NCBI GenBank assembly: GCA_037447605.1
Contig: CM074822.1
Span: 1,573,492 to 1,637,491, forward strand
DNA from: Zygnema circumcarinatum SAG 698-1b
Taxonomy: Eukaryota > Plantae > Zygnematophyceae
DNA: 64,000 nt
Reading direction: 5' to 3'
The notes beneath the pieces are model-generated. The model searched no databases. It had not been told where the DNA came from and saw nothing but the letters and a program-made list of their open reading frames with translations. How positions within the stretch are numbered: the stretch's first letter is position 1; each line of letters begins with the position of its first letter. Below are positions 49,001 through 59,138 of the stretch, in pieces. The position numbers and the translations under genes are program-made.

Positions 49001-49023
49001 GCACTTGGCCGAGCACAGCCTGA
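39449..49023 (+). CDS. Secreted multi-lectin: signal peptide, six F-type (FTP/fucolectin-like) domains with Pro-rich linkers, legume (L-type) lectin
   Basis: GT-AG exons 39449-39515, 40143-40187, 40899-41348, 41463-41546, 42294-42737, 42851-42931, 43987-(gap 44074), 44470-44895, 45084-45206, 45721-46185, 46891-47010, 47486-47941, 48266-49023; all visible junctions phase 1; frame intact. Confidence 0.8.
40899..41348 (+). CDS. F-type lectin exon 1
   Basis: NLALNKPAFQ, AVDG, WWKVDL, GRTD, GRYV, LCEVKVYG. Confidence 0.85.
42294..42737 (+). CDS. F-type lectin exon 2
   Basis: Same motifs; RTDVAQER. Confidence 0.85.
43987..44073 (+). CDS. F-type lectin exon 3 (truncated by assembly gap)
   Basis: NLALNKPASLESTLSGYFTADRAVDGYN, then Ns. 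Confidence 0.75.
44470..44895 (+). CDS. F-type lectin exon 4
   Basis: Same motifs. Confidence 0.85.
45721..46185 (+). CDS. F-type lectin exon 5
   Basis: Same motifs, with an N-terminal insert DDYYDCWCDG. Confidence 0.85.
47486..47941 (+). CDS. F-type lectin exon 6
   Basis: Same motifs; RTDVAQER. Confidence 0.85.
48266..49023 (+). CDS. Legume (L-type) lectin domain, terminal exon
   Basis: LQLT, SFKTKFSF, GDGLTF, GGDLG, VAITFDT, WIEYDG, YVGFSAATG, HEILSWDF. Confidence 0.88.
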
Positions 49024-49044
49024 GGAAGGGATGGGAAGAGATCA

Positions 49045-49420
49045 GGCGGCCACGTGGCAGATCGAACGGCGTGGAATGACTTATTCTTAGGAGGTGGCCA
49101 CGTGGCAGATCGAACGGCGTGGAATGTCTTATTCTTAGGAGGCGGCTACCTGGCAGATCGAACGGCGTGGAATGTCTTATTCTTAGGAGGCGGCCACGTG
49201 GCAGATCAAACGGCGTGGAATGTCATATTCTTAGGAGGCGGCCACGTGGCATATCAAACGGCGTGGAATGTCTTATTCTTAGGAGGCGGCCACGTGGCAG
49301 ATCAAACGGCGTGGAATGTCTTATTCTTAGGAGGCAGCCACGTGGCAGATCTTACAGCGTGAAATGGTTGTCTTATCCTTAGGAGGCGGCCAGGTGGCAG
49401 ATCGAACGGCTTGAAATGGT
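49045..49420. repeat. 48-bp minisatellite (~8 units), most units containing CACGTG in a GCCACGTGGC context
   Basis: Unit GGCGGCCACGTGGCAGATCGAACGGCGTGGAATGTCTTATTCTTAGGA. Confidence 0.9.
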
Positions 49421-49920
49421 TGCATGGTGTTCATGCCTGGTGTGGTGTGCATGTTGGCAGCAGGTGGGAGTGCAGGAAGCTGCCAATTGGTGGGTGGTGA
49501 TTGGCTGCCTTCGAATGTGAGAGGCAGACTGTCAGAGACTCTAATAGGGAGGTGTTAGTGGTAGAGGGGAATGTGAGCTTTTGGGATGGTGGGAGAGGGG
49601 GAGAGAGAGAGTTGGAGGGTGCTGGATAGGCCTGATATGATGGGTGATAGCAGGTTCTTTTACTTTATGTTGTGTGGGGGAGAAAATTTTATAGCAAAAA
49701 TCAAGCAGTAATGGTTGTGTTGTTCGGTGTGAGTGAAGGGCCNNNNNNNNNNGACAAAAGATAAAAGCTATGAGTGAAAAGCTACGCCTAGGCTCAAGAG
49801 AGAGAGAGAGAGGGAGAGAGAGAGAGTCGTTGGAGGTAGGGGAGTACCGGTAGTGGATCCATTGAACACATAGCTAGAGCCGCGATCTCAGGGAATCAGA
49901 GCGATGCGCAACGGAAGTGA

Positions 49921-50249
49921 AAGGAAAATGGCAATGATCTCACGATGGCGATGAGGCCATCAAATGTACATGGCCAACATCAGCATCATGGGGAACCACG
50001 AGGAACTGGTCTGGGCGCTGACCTAAGCACAAAACAAAAAAGCTAGGAGCGGAAAACTACGCATCGGCTCAACAACGCAGCCTTAGTTAGTGGAATAAAC
50101 GACCTAAGAAAGAAGCACGTGAGAGGGTGTTGGATACCATCACATGTGCAGGTCCTTTGCGACCAGTTCCTCGTGGTTTCCCATGCTGCTTTTGTCCCTG
50201 TACATTGGATGGCCTCATCGCCATCGTGAGATCAATGTCATTTTCCTTT
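49921..50249. repeat. Foldback element with ~90-bp inverted arms
   Basis: 49921-50010 is the imperfect reverse complement of 50161-50249. Confidence 0.75.
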
Positions 50250-51171
50250 TCTTTATTTTTCTAGTGATCATGTAAACATTGCGAGGAAGTTTGTTGGTGG
50301 AGCTGCACTCAACACACGTGGCGTCCGTTGATCCGACGTGGCGAGTTTTGAAAACGCCTGAGGACCCCGGGCCCAACTGGAAGTCGCCACGTGTCAGATT
50401 GACCACGTGGCGCTCTAAAAGTGGGTGGGATTCTCCACGTCATCCGAAGATAGTTGGGTGGCCTCGAAGCGGTAGGAGAGGCACAGGACTCCCCTCCCCT
50501 CCCGCCGGCCATGGCTGCCGGACTGGAGGGAGAGCGGGCGCGGTGCTGAAGAGGCTGCATTTGTAGCTGCAAAGGGTAAAATACGGTGTGGGGCGCTCAG
50601 GAATACAATTTCCTGAGTTGGGTCTCTCTCCAATTTTGATGATTGAGTTCCTTTCGAACCTTTCTCCTACAATTTCTTCTCCTTGACCGTCGCCCTCTCC
50701 TTTTCTCCCTATCCTTTTCTTCTTCCCTCTCCCTATATATTTTTTTGTTTCCCTCTCCCTCTGACTTTCCCTCTCCTTCTTTCTCTACTTCCCCCGCTCC
50801 TTTTCCTTGCCCCTCTCTTCCTCTTCCTCTGCCTCTCCTCTCCCTCTCCATTTCCTTTGCCTCACTCTCCCTCTTCCTCTCCCTTTCCCTCTCCCCCCCT
50901 TCCATATTTTCTTGTTTCTCTCTCCCTCTGCCACTCTCTCTCCCTCTTCCCCCCCTCCACCTTTCCTTGTCTCTCTCTTCCTCTCCCTCTCCCTCTTCCT
51001 CTCCCTCTCGTCTCCCTCTACCGACCTTGCCTCTCTCCCCCTATTCCCCTCCCGCTCCCTCCCCTACATTCGTAAGGACCCGAAAACAGCAATCGTAGCG
51101 ACTTGGGGTATCCTCCCCTTATTTCCGAAGGCTCTTCAATTTTGGTTTTTTGGGCCCTCCCTAAATCGAAC

Positions 51172-52364
51172 ATGAGCTCAGAGAAGTTGAAAAATGAGAG
51201 CGACATGCTCGATCGAACCGTCGCCTTTTTGCAGAAAAGAGACGGAATCGATAAGACTTTGAAAATTTGTCGGTATTCGGCGAAGCTTATTCTCGCGACG
51301 GCTTTGAGGGGGTCCAAAAGTGAAATTTCTTTAAAACTGAAAAATTTTGAGGCGAGCGTTGGTGTTAGCAGGAAAGCGTACCGCCTCGGAAAGTTTCTTC
51401 AAGATGTGAACACTGTACGGAAAACTCCTCTCTCTTCTATTGAGGGCATTTTGGAGCTTGTGGCGAGCACGGGAGAGGGAGTGTATTATTTTATCGAGCA
51501 GTTCGTATGGCTGGTCAGTAGACGCCCCATCAGTTGACTTTACGGTTTCCTTACTCGAAAGTCTTCGGGAAACCTCAAAAACTGCATTATTCTCTCTCAT
51601 TTCTCTCTCTCTCTCTTTTGCTGTATCTCCCCTCTCTCTCTCTCTCTTTTCTCTCGCCATCAACCTCTCTCCCACTCTCTGTCCCTCTCTCCTCTCTCTC
51701 TCCCTCTCTATGGCTCGCTCGCTCGCTTTTTCTCTCTCACTAACTCTCTCGCTGTCTCACCTTTGTCTCTCTCCCTCTCTCTCTCTCTCTCTTTCTCCCT
51801 CTCTCTATTGCTCGCTCGTCGCTTTTTTTCTCTCTCACTCTCTCCCTCTCTCGCGCTGCCTCTCCTTTGTCTCACTCACTCTCTCCTTCTCTCGCTTTTC
51901 ACACTCCCTCTATCTCTCCCTCTCCCTCTATCTAAAGGATCCCCTCCCTCTCCTCCCAACAGGTGAAAGCCGGAGCCCTCGATAAGCGCCATAGTCGGCA
52001 GCTCCAAAAGGTGAGCGCGTGGGCGGAATTCATAGGCTACTTCGGCTCAGTAACCCTAAAAAGCATGCAAATAGCAGCCCTTATGGAAGCGGAATCCAAC
52101 CTTCTTAGCAGTTTGAAAGATGTGGACGGCAAAAGTTGCCAACTTACTAAGGGGGAGAATTCTACTCTCTTGAAGAGGCTCGAGAGTGTTCGATTAAAGA
52201 GGCTTTTAAAGACTCTCTCTGTAGTGCAGGACCTTGCCGATAGTTTATTGGCTTTGAATGATATATGGGAGGGAGAGGGGTTGCTAGCAAGGCCTGCATT
52301 GCTTGCTGGAGGAGGCCTTTTATCGGCACTTATTAGCGCACACAAAAATTGGTTATCAGTTTAG
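51172..52364 (+). CDS. PEX11A: Peroxisomal membrane protein 11A-like (2 exons: 51172-51513, 51963-52364)
   Basis: KRDGIDKTLK, FEASVGVSRKAYRLGKF, GEGVYYFIEQFVWL|VKAG, QDLAD, HKNW; phase-0 GT-AG intron. Confidence 0.9.
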
Positions 52365-53148
52365 AGAGGTTGGTTGGAGTTGTATGTGAGAGAGGGGGTG
52401 TAGGAGAAGGTGAAGGAGGGATTCTTTGTTTTTTTGGGGGCTCTTTGTTGGGGAGGGTTGGAGAGGGTCCTGATTTGTAAATAAGATGTAGGGGAGTACA
52501 GAGAATACGCAGACTTTCTGTTCATTTCTCGCTCCTACTGCAATTTTTTTGTTGTTCTTTTATTTTAGTCGTATCTGTGTTGCTCTTGGCATGTTGGATG
52601 GCTATTAGGGTTTTGAGAATTGGGTTTATCGGAGAGTAGACCAATACTGGTGCTTCCATGTACTGGACAGGGAGTGGGAGAGGGAGAGGGATCGGGTGAT
52701 GTTGACGAGGGAGAGGGTGTGGGAGAGGGAGAGGAAGAAGGCGAGGCAGAGTGCGGCGTAGAGGGAGCGAGAGTGAGAGGGAAAGGCGAGGGGAGGGAGA
52801 GTGTGGAAAATGGTGTTTGAGAGGGGGAGGGAGATTTCATGGGATTGGTGTGGGAGGGAGGCTGTTGGAGAGGGAGAAGCAGAGGAAGTGGGGGAGGGAG
52901 AGAGTGTGGGGAATGGGAAAGGGAGCAAGACCAAGGGCACAATTGTATCGGCATCATCTCTTCATGTATTGATTTGACCACAAAAATATAAGAAAACGAG
53001 CGGGAGACCTCCTTTAAAATGTCTAAAAAGTGCCACTAATTAAACTCCCTCCTCTCTTAAGTGAAAAATAAGGGAACCAAAAGGAAATTAATTTTAAAGG
53101 GAAATCCTAAAACTGTAAGTAAAGCGAAACCCTAAAACTGCCATGTTG

Positions 53149-56100
53149 CTAAGGTAACAGGCTTAGCCCACTACCAAGAGAGCTCTTATTCAAAAGACCC
53201 AATTCAAAGCGAGAGAGAGAAAGTGGGAGCGTTTCTCTCCATCTCGACCTCATCTCCCTCCCTCCCTCCTCTCTACCACTCCCCTCTCTCCTGTTCTGAA
53301 ACCCATTCATCATCCCTAAAGAGACTTTCCCTAATCCCTCTGCCCCTTCATAGAGCCTCTCACTTAAGCTCCATCCTGAAGAAGAGACCCCATCAAACCC
53401 TGACCGTAACCCTAACCCTAACCCTAATTTCTCTTTCAGAATTTCTTGGGCTGCAAACCCAACAAACAAATTCCGGTCAAAGTTCCGCCACCCAACAGTC
53501 CTTCTCTCCTCCCCTTCATCTCCAAAGCCGAAGTTCTCTCCCTCCGAGTCCGCGAACCTCCTCACTCCCACTAAGGCAGCGCCCTCCCTCTCCCTCTCCC
53601 TCTCCCTCTCCCTCTCCCACATTTCTCTACCGTCTCCATGCGTAGCTTCGCTAATTGTACGTTCCGTATTCCGTAAAACTGGGCTTGCTCCTCCGTGTCT
53701 CTCCTCCTCTATCACGCTTGTCTCTCGACATTTTATTTTTTCCTCCAATTCATTTTTTAATGACTGCATTTTCTCTCCCACCCGCATCGCTATCTTGTCA
53801 AAAAGCTCCGCCCTCTCACACTTCCTCTCTCTATACTCAAGTACCAAATCGTCGATCGGAATCGGCTCTCCCACCAGCACGGTCACCTGCAGCACACCGT
53901 TCCATGTTTAAGTCTCCCTCTCCCTCTCTCCCTCTCCCTCTCCCCATCTCCTTCGACCACTTTCCCTTCCTCTCACTCTCCCCCTCCACTTTCTCCCTCT
54001 CCCCCTCCCCCTCTCCCTCTCCCCATCTCCCTCGACAACTTTCCCTTCCTCTCCCTCTCCCCCTCCCCCTTCTCCCTCTCCCTCTCTCCCTCTCCCGCTC
54101 CCCATCTCCTTCGACCTCTTTCCCTTCCTCTCCCTCTCCCCTCCCCTTCTCCCTCTCCCTCTCTCCCTCCCTCTCCCCCTCCCCCTCCCCTTCTCCCTCT
54201 CCCTCTCTTCCCCTCCTTCCCCTCCACCTCTCCTCCGCCTCCCCTTCCCCCTCCCCCTCCCCCTCCCCCTCCCTCTCCCTCGCCCCCTCCCCCTCCCCCT
54301 CCCTCCCCCTCTCCCTCTCCCTCTCCTTCTCTCATACAGTCCTCGAAAACTACTTTTCTTACCCTAACCCTACTTCAAGCTTCCACTCTGACCAAACCGA
54401 TGACCTGCTTAACCCGGTGAGTGTTCACACCTCGTTTCCAATTGTTGGAAATTTCGACCCAACAGGCATCATTTCAGCCATTCCCGTGTGAATGAAGGGA
54501 AGAACCAATGGGGCCTCCTCTGCTTCCAAAACAAGCCTGCAATTACGAAAAATAAGAAAAAAAAAAAAAAACGAAGACCCAAAGTGTAAGAAATTGACAT
54601 TTCAACTTTGGTTGAATCTGCACCAAAAAAAAAAAAAAAAGAGACCTTTCGGGGCCTTTTCAGATTTTTCAGATCTGGTGATGCTCAGGCTAAGACTTCC
54701 CCATTTTCCCCACAGAAATAAATTTCAAAAATTTGGACCTTCCTTACAGATCTGTACCTAAACAAAAGGCTAATTTGTTTTTTTAAACTGACCGTCCGAT
54801 TCCCCGTTTCATGGAGCCGAGCGTTTTCCCTCCGTTCCGTGATCGCGTTCCTTCAGGGAACACGTGGACCCAATGGCCTTGCCTCACCTTCCGTACAGCA
54901 AGATCCATGCCCTGAACCCCAGCCAAGAGCCAGTAGAAAGCTGCCACGTGTCACTAGGGGGTTACAGGGGAGGGGGAGGGGAGGGGGAGGGGAGGGGAGG
55001 GAGGGGAGGGGGGAGGGGAGGGGGGAGGGGAGGGGAGGGGAGGGGGAGGGGAGGGGGAGGGGAGGGGGAGGGGGAGGGGAGGGGGAGGGGAGGGGGAGGG
55101 GGAGGGGAGGGGAGGGGAGGGGAGGGGAGGGGAGGGGAGGGGGAGGGGAGGGGAGGGGAGGGGAGGGGAGGGGAGGGGAGGGGAGGGGGAGGGGAGGGGA
55201 GGGGAGGGGAGGGGGGAGGGGAGGGGGAGGGGAGGGAGGGAGGGGAGGGGGAGGGGGAGGGGAGGGGAGGGGGAGGGGGAGGGGAGGGGAGGGGGAGGGG
55301 AGGGGGAGGGGAGGGGGAGGGGGAGGGGAGGGAGGGAGGGGAGGGGAGGGGAGGGGGAGGGGAGGGGGAGGGGAGGGGGGAGGGGGGAGGGGGTGGGAGC
55401 AGACAGGTCTACACTATTGAAGGCAAAGGAAAGAGCAAATGAAAGAGAGTAGGGAGGGAGAGGGAAGGAAAGAAGGGTGTAGACAGTCGAATGGGTGGAG
55501 CGAGGGAGGGAGACGAGGGGAAGAAGGGAAATGGGGAGGGGGAAAGAGGCAAGAGGGAGAGAGCGGAAGAGGGAGAGAATGATTGCCGAGAGAGAGGGAT
55601 GAGAGGACGAAAGGGAGACAGATAATGAAAGGAAGGAGAGTGTGAGAGTGTGGTCCCCTACTCCTATACTTAACTCCCTCCTTTAGTGAGTGAGTGCACC
55701 TTTTGGTCCACTCCTTCTCCTCGAATGAGTGGTAGAACTTTAACTGAACGGAAAAAAGCACCCATAACGGAATTTTTGAAGCATCTGTCGGTAGCACATA
55801 ACGTCCATCTCATGTCCTCTGCTCGCGTCATCATGTGAGGGGGGATGACGGCAGCAAGGACCAAGGGGTCATCCATGGCTGCCACGTGGTTGCATACCTG
55901 CACACACCATGCCACGTGGCAAGCCATCATTCGCCACTCCAGCGTTAAGTCATACGGCAATCCGTGCTCGACACGTGGACTGCCCTTGGAAGTTCGTAGA
56001 CTGTGAGGTTAGGGCACATAAAGCTTAGAACTATAAACCGGTGCGTGTCTAAATGGTAACGGTTTCTCTTCTCTCTCCCTCTACCGTATCCCTCTCCTTC

Positions 56101-58065
56101 CCTCCCTTCCTTCCTTCCTTCCCCCATTCTCCCTCTCTCCTCGTGGGTGGGTTCCTCTATCTTCACCCTCTTCGTCTCATTCTCGTAAATGCAACCTATG
56201 AGGGTACCCACAAGCCCCGCTCTCCCTCCCTCACTTCCTCCCTCCCTCACTTTCTCCCTCCCTCACTTCCTCCCTCCCTCACTTCCTCCCTCCCTCACTT
56301 CCTCCCTCCCTCACTTCCTCCCTCCCTCACTTCTCCTTCCCGCACTTCCTCCCTCCCTCACTTCCTCCCTCCCTCACTTCCTCCCTCACTTGCTCCCTCC
56401 GTCACTTCCTCCCTCCCTCACTTCCTCCCTCCCTCACTTCCTCCCTCCCTCACTTGCTCCCTCCCTCACTTCCTCCCTCCCTCACTTCCTCCCTCCCTCA
56501 CTTCCTCCCTCCCTCACTTGCTCCCTCCCTCACTTCCTCCCTCCCTCACTTCCTCCCTCCCTCACTTCCTCCCTCCCTCACTTGCTCCCTCCCTCACTTC
56601 CTCCCTCCCTGCCGCTCTCCCTCCCTCTCGGCCAGACAAGAACAAATAAAGGCAGGAATAGCGAGGTGGATTTCCGATATTGTTAGCTGGAGGCACAAGA
56701 TAAGCCGTTCATTCATTTCCGAGTGTTTTCGAATTAAAAAACGTGAAATTATACGTAAAAACTTTACTTATGTTCATAAACAACACCAAAACTAAAAAGA
56801 AAAAAAAAACGAAATGATTATTTGAAGGTCCACCGCCCTTACTGTGATCAGCGCTTGCCCCTTTTTCCGATTCAGAATTGCCTCCTCCAAACGGACCGCT
56901 CCATGCACCTGCTCCGTTTCGATCGATCATCGGATATCCCCTCAGTTCCACGGAACTAGTTTGCAAAGAAACCAATAAACAGCAATTTAGCACTGACTTC
57001 CTCTGTAAGGAAGCGAGATGGAAAAGGACAAGGGGGAGGTGGAGGAGGGGAATTTTTTTTTAATCCGGGACCTGGTTATCCTATTCAGGACTCATTCAAA
57101 GCCGGTCTTTTCGTTAAATTCGAAAGCTTACCATATGCATTGTTTAAAGTGATTGACTAAATTGAGAGTTTTGACCAAGTAACACACCTCTGTTTTGTTC
57201 AGTCCATGCATAAACACGTGGCACATACTGCCGGCCAACGGAATTGCAACGGCTTGAACCGCACGTAACACCGTTGACTGCTCGTCTTTGAGTGCTGTTT
57301 CCACGGCTGCTAATCCCTTAGCTGCATTTGCATCCCATCAAAAATTTAAGAGGTTAATTTCGTGAATTCAGAGAAGAATACGGTTAACAATTCCCTTAAC
57401 CAAATTTAATACTGCATCCTGAAACAGAACTCACGCAATTCAACTCAATTCTGAGTCAATTGGGAAGCCAACCCACCTTCAATCGCCTTCCTCTTCACCA
57501 AAACAGACATATCTCTCCCTCCTCCTCCCTCCCTCTCCAATTTCCCTACCACCTTCTGCCCCAAAGCCCCTCCTTCCCCCTCCCTCCCTCCCGCGCCCTC
57601 CCTTTCCCCCACTCCCTCCCTCTCCCTCTCCCCCTCCCTCAAACCCAGCCGCCCCAAAACCTTCTCCGAACCCCACCCAAAAGACCAAAACTTCCGCCAG
57701 CTCTCACCCTCTCCCTCCGCCACGTGGCCCTCACTACCCTTCCTCCCCCCCTTCATCCCTCCCAACTCCCTCTCCCCCGCCGCGAGAAGCTCCTTCCTCT
57801 CCCACTTGTGCAGCGCTGCCTTCTTCGCCATTGTCTGAGAGAGGCGGCCCAAAACCACGTTCCCTTTGAACACGCGCGTGGCCACAAAGGAGGAGGCGAC
57901 GGCCGCCGCCCCTCTCCTCCTCTGAAGGGGAAAAAGGGAGGAGCCCTCCGCGCGGAGACGCGCTTTAAAGCGGTCTTTCATCTCGCGGAGGCTGCGGAGG
58001 TAGAGGGAGGAGGCGGAGGGAGAGGGAGAGGGAGAGGGAGAGGGAGAGAGGGGGGAAGGGTCCAT
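53149..58065 (-). CDS. TAZ: Tafazzin-like acyltransferase (7 exons)
   Basis: Exons 58065-57477, 57321-57188, 56908-56843, 55897-55700, 54911-54793, 54536-54431, 53886-53149 join in frame; NHVAAMDDP, RWTLCATDRCF, WVHVFPEG, PFIHTGM. Confidence 0.88.
54968..55395. repeat. Pure G/A tract in a tafazzin intron
   Basis: ~430 bp of GGGGA/GGGGGA units. Confidence 0.85.
56221..56625. repeat. ~16-bp pyrimidine minisatellite (CCTCCCTCCCTCACTT) in a tafazzin intron
   Basis: Many tandem units with variants. Confidence 0.85.
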
Positions 58066-59138
58066 GGCTGGAGGAAAGGGTGGGTTGTGGGGGTGGGTGG
58101 GGCGGGGGTTAGGGAGAAGGAAGGAGAGTGAGCGTGAGCCAGAAGAGAGGGGGCGGAAAGAGAGGTAGGGGAAGGGAGGGTGGGGGAAAGAAGGGAGGCG
58201 TGAGCCAGAAGAGAGAGGGCGGAGGAGAGGGAGGGGGAGGGAGGCTAAGCTGCAATTCTAGTTGTGAATTATCGAAATTTGGGACAATTCGCCGCGTATT
58301 CACGTCTTAGTGCTCCAATAAAACCTCTCCCACACTCGAAAAACCTTTCTATGACCATCAGCTATCCCTGATCCTCTCGTTCACAACGAGCAACCCTTAA
58401 CAAAAGGGAGAAAAACCCCTTATTTTACTAGCTGCAAAATTCGACTCAGAACCAGGTGGTTTTTATGATTAAGTATGCCCAGCCTCGGAATTTGATTAAA
58501 ATTTGGGGGAAAAAACTGCCAATTGGCGGCATTCAAGCCTCCGCCGCCGCCAAGGCTGCAGGGAGGGAGGGGCGGTAAAGGGCGTTGAAGGGGAGCGGCG
58601 CTGCCTCGAAGCTTCCCTCAAGGGTAAAACCGTACATAACATATCGCCAAGTATCGTATTGCGATATAGCGGAATATAATACTCATCAAAATATTGACCT
58701 TGTACTCCGATATGTTATTTAATATCGCAGTACAATATATGTTCCTAAATATCGTATCGCGATAAGGTGAATATGGCTCTGTTCTGTCCTGCTCCATCTC
58801 CCACTCCCTCCCTCCCTCCACGACTCCCTCTCCCTCCCTCTCCCTCCCTCCCTTGCTCCCCCTCTCCCTCGCTCTCCCTCCCTCCCTTCCCCCCTTGCTC
58901 CCTCGCCCTCCCTCTCTCCCTTCCCCCCTTGCTCCCTCGCCCTCCCNNNNNNNNNNGGGAGGGGGGGGAGGCGAGGGAGGGGGGCTGGGGAATGGTGGGG
59001 GATGGGGGAGAGGGGGGAGAGTAGAGGGGGAAGTGGGGAGTGGGGTGGGGGCGGAGAGGGGGGAGGAGGGGGAGGAGGGGGCGGGGAATGTTTACAGGAC
59101 CTTTTCGTAATTTTTTAAAATGTGGTCATTTGTTACAG

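Noticed and set aside
49045-49420. CRISPR-like array, or a coding ORF with a 16-aa repeat (49054-49362)
   Set aside because: Units are contiguous 48-bp repeats without unique spacers, there are no cas genes and the context is eukaryotic; the ORF is a by-product of a repeat length divisible by three
53408-53427. Interstitial telomere (AACCCT)x3
   Set aside because: Only three units, inside the last tafazzin exon where it encodes LGLGL
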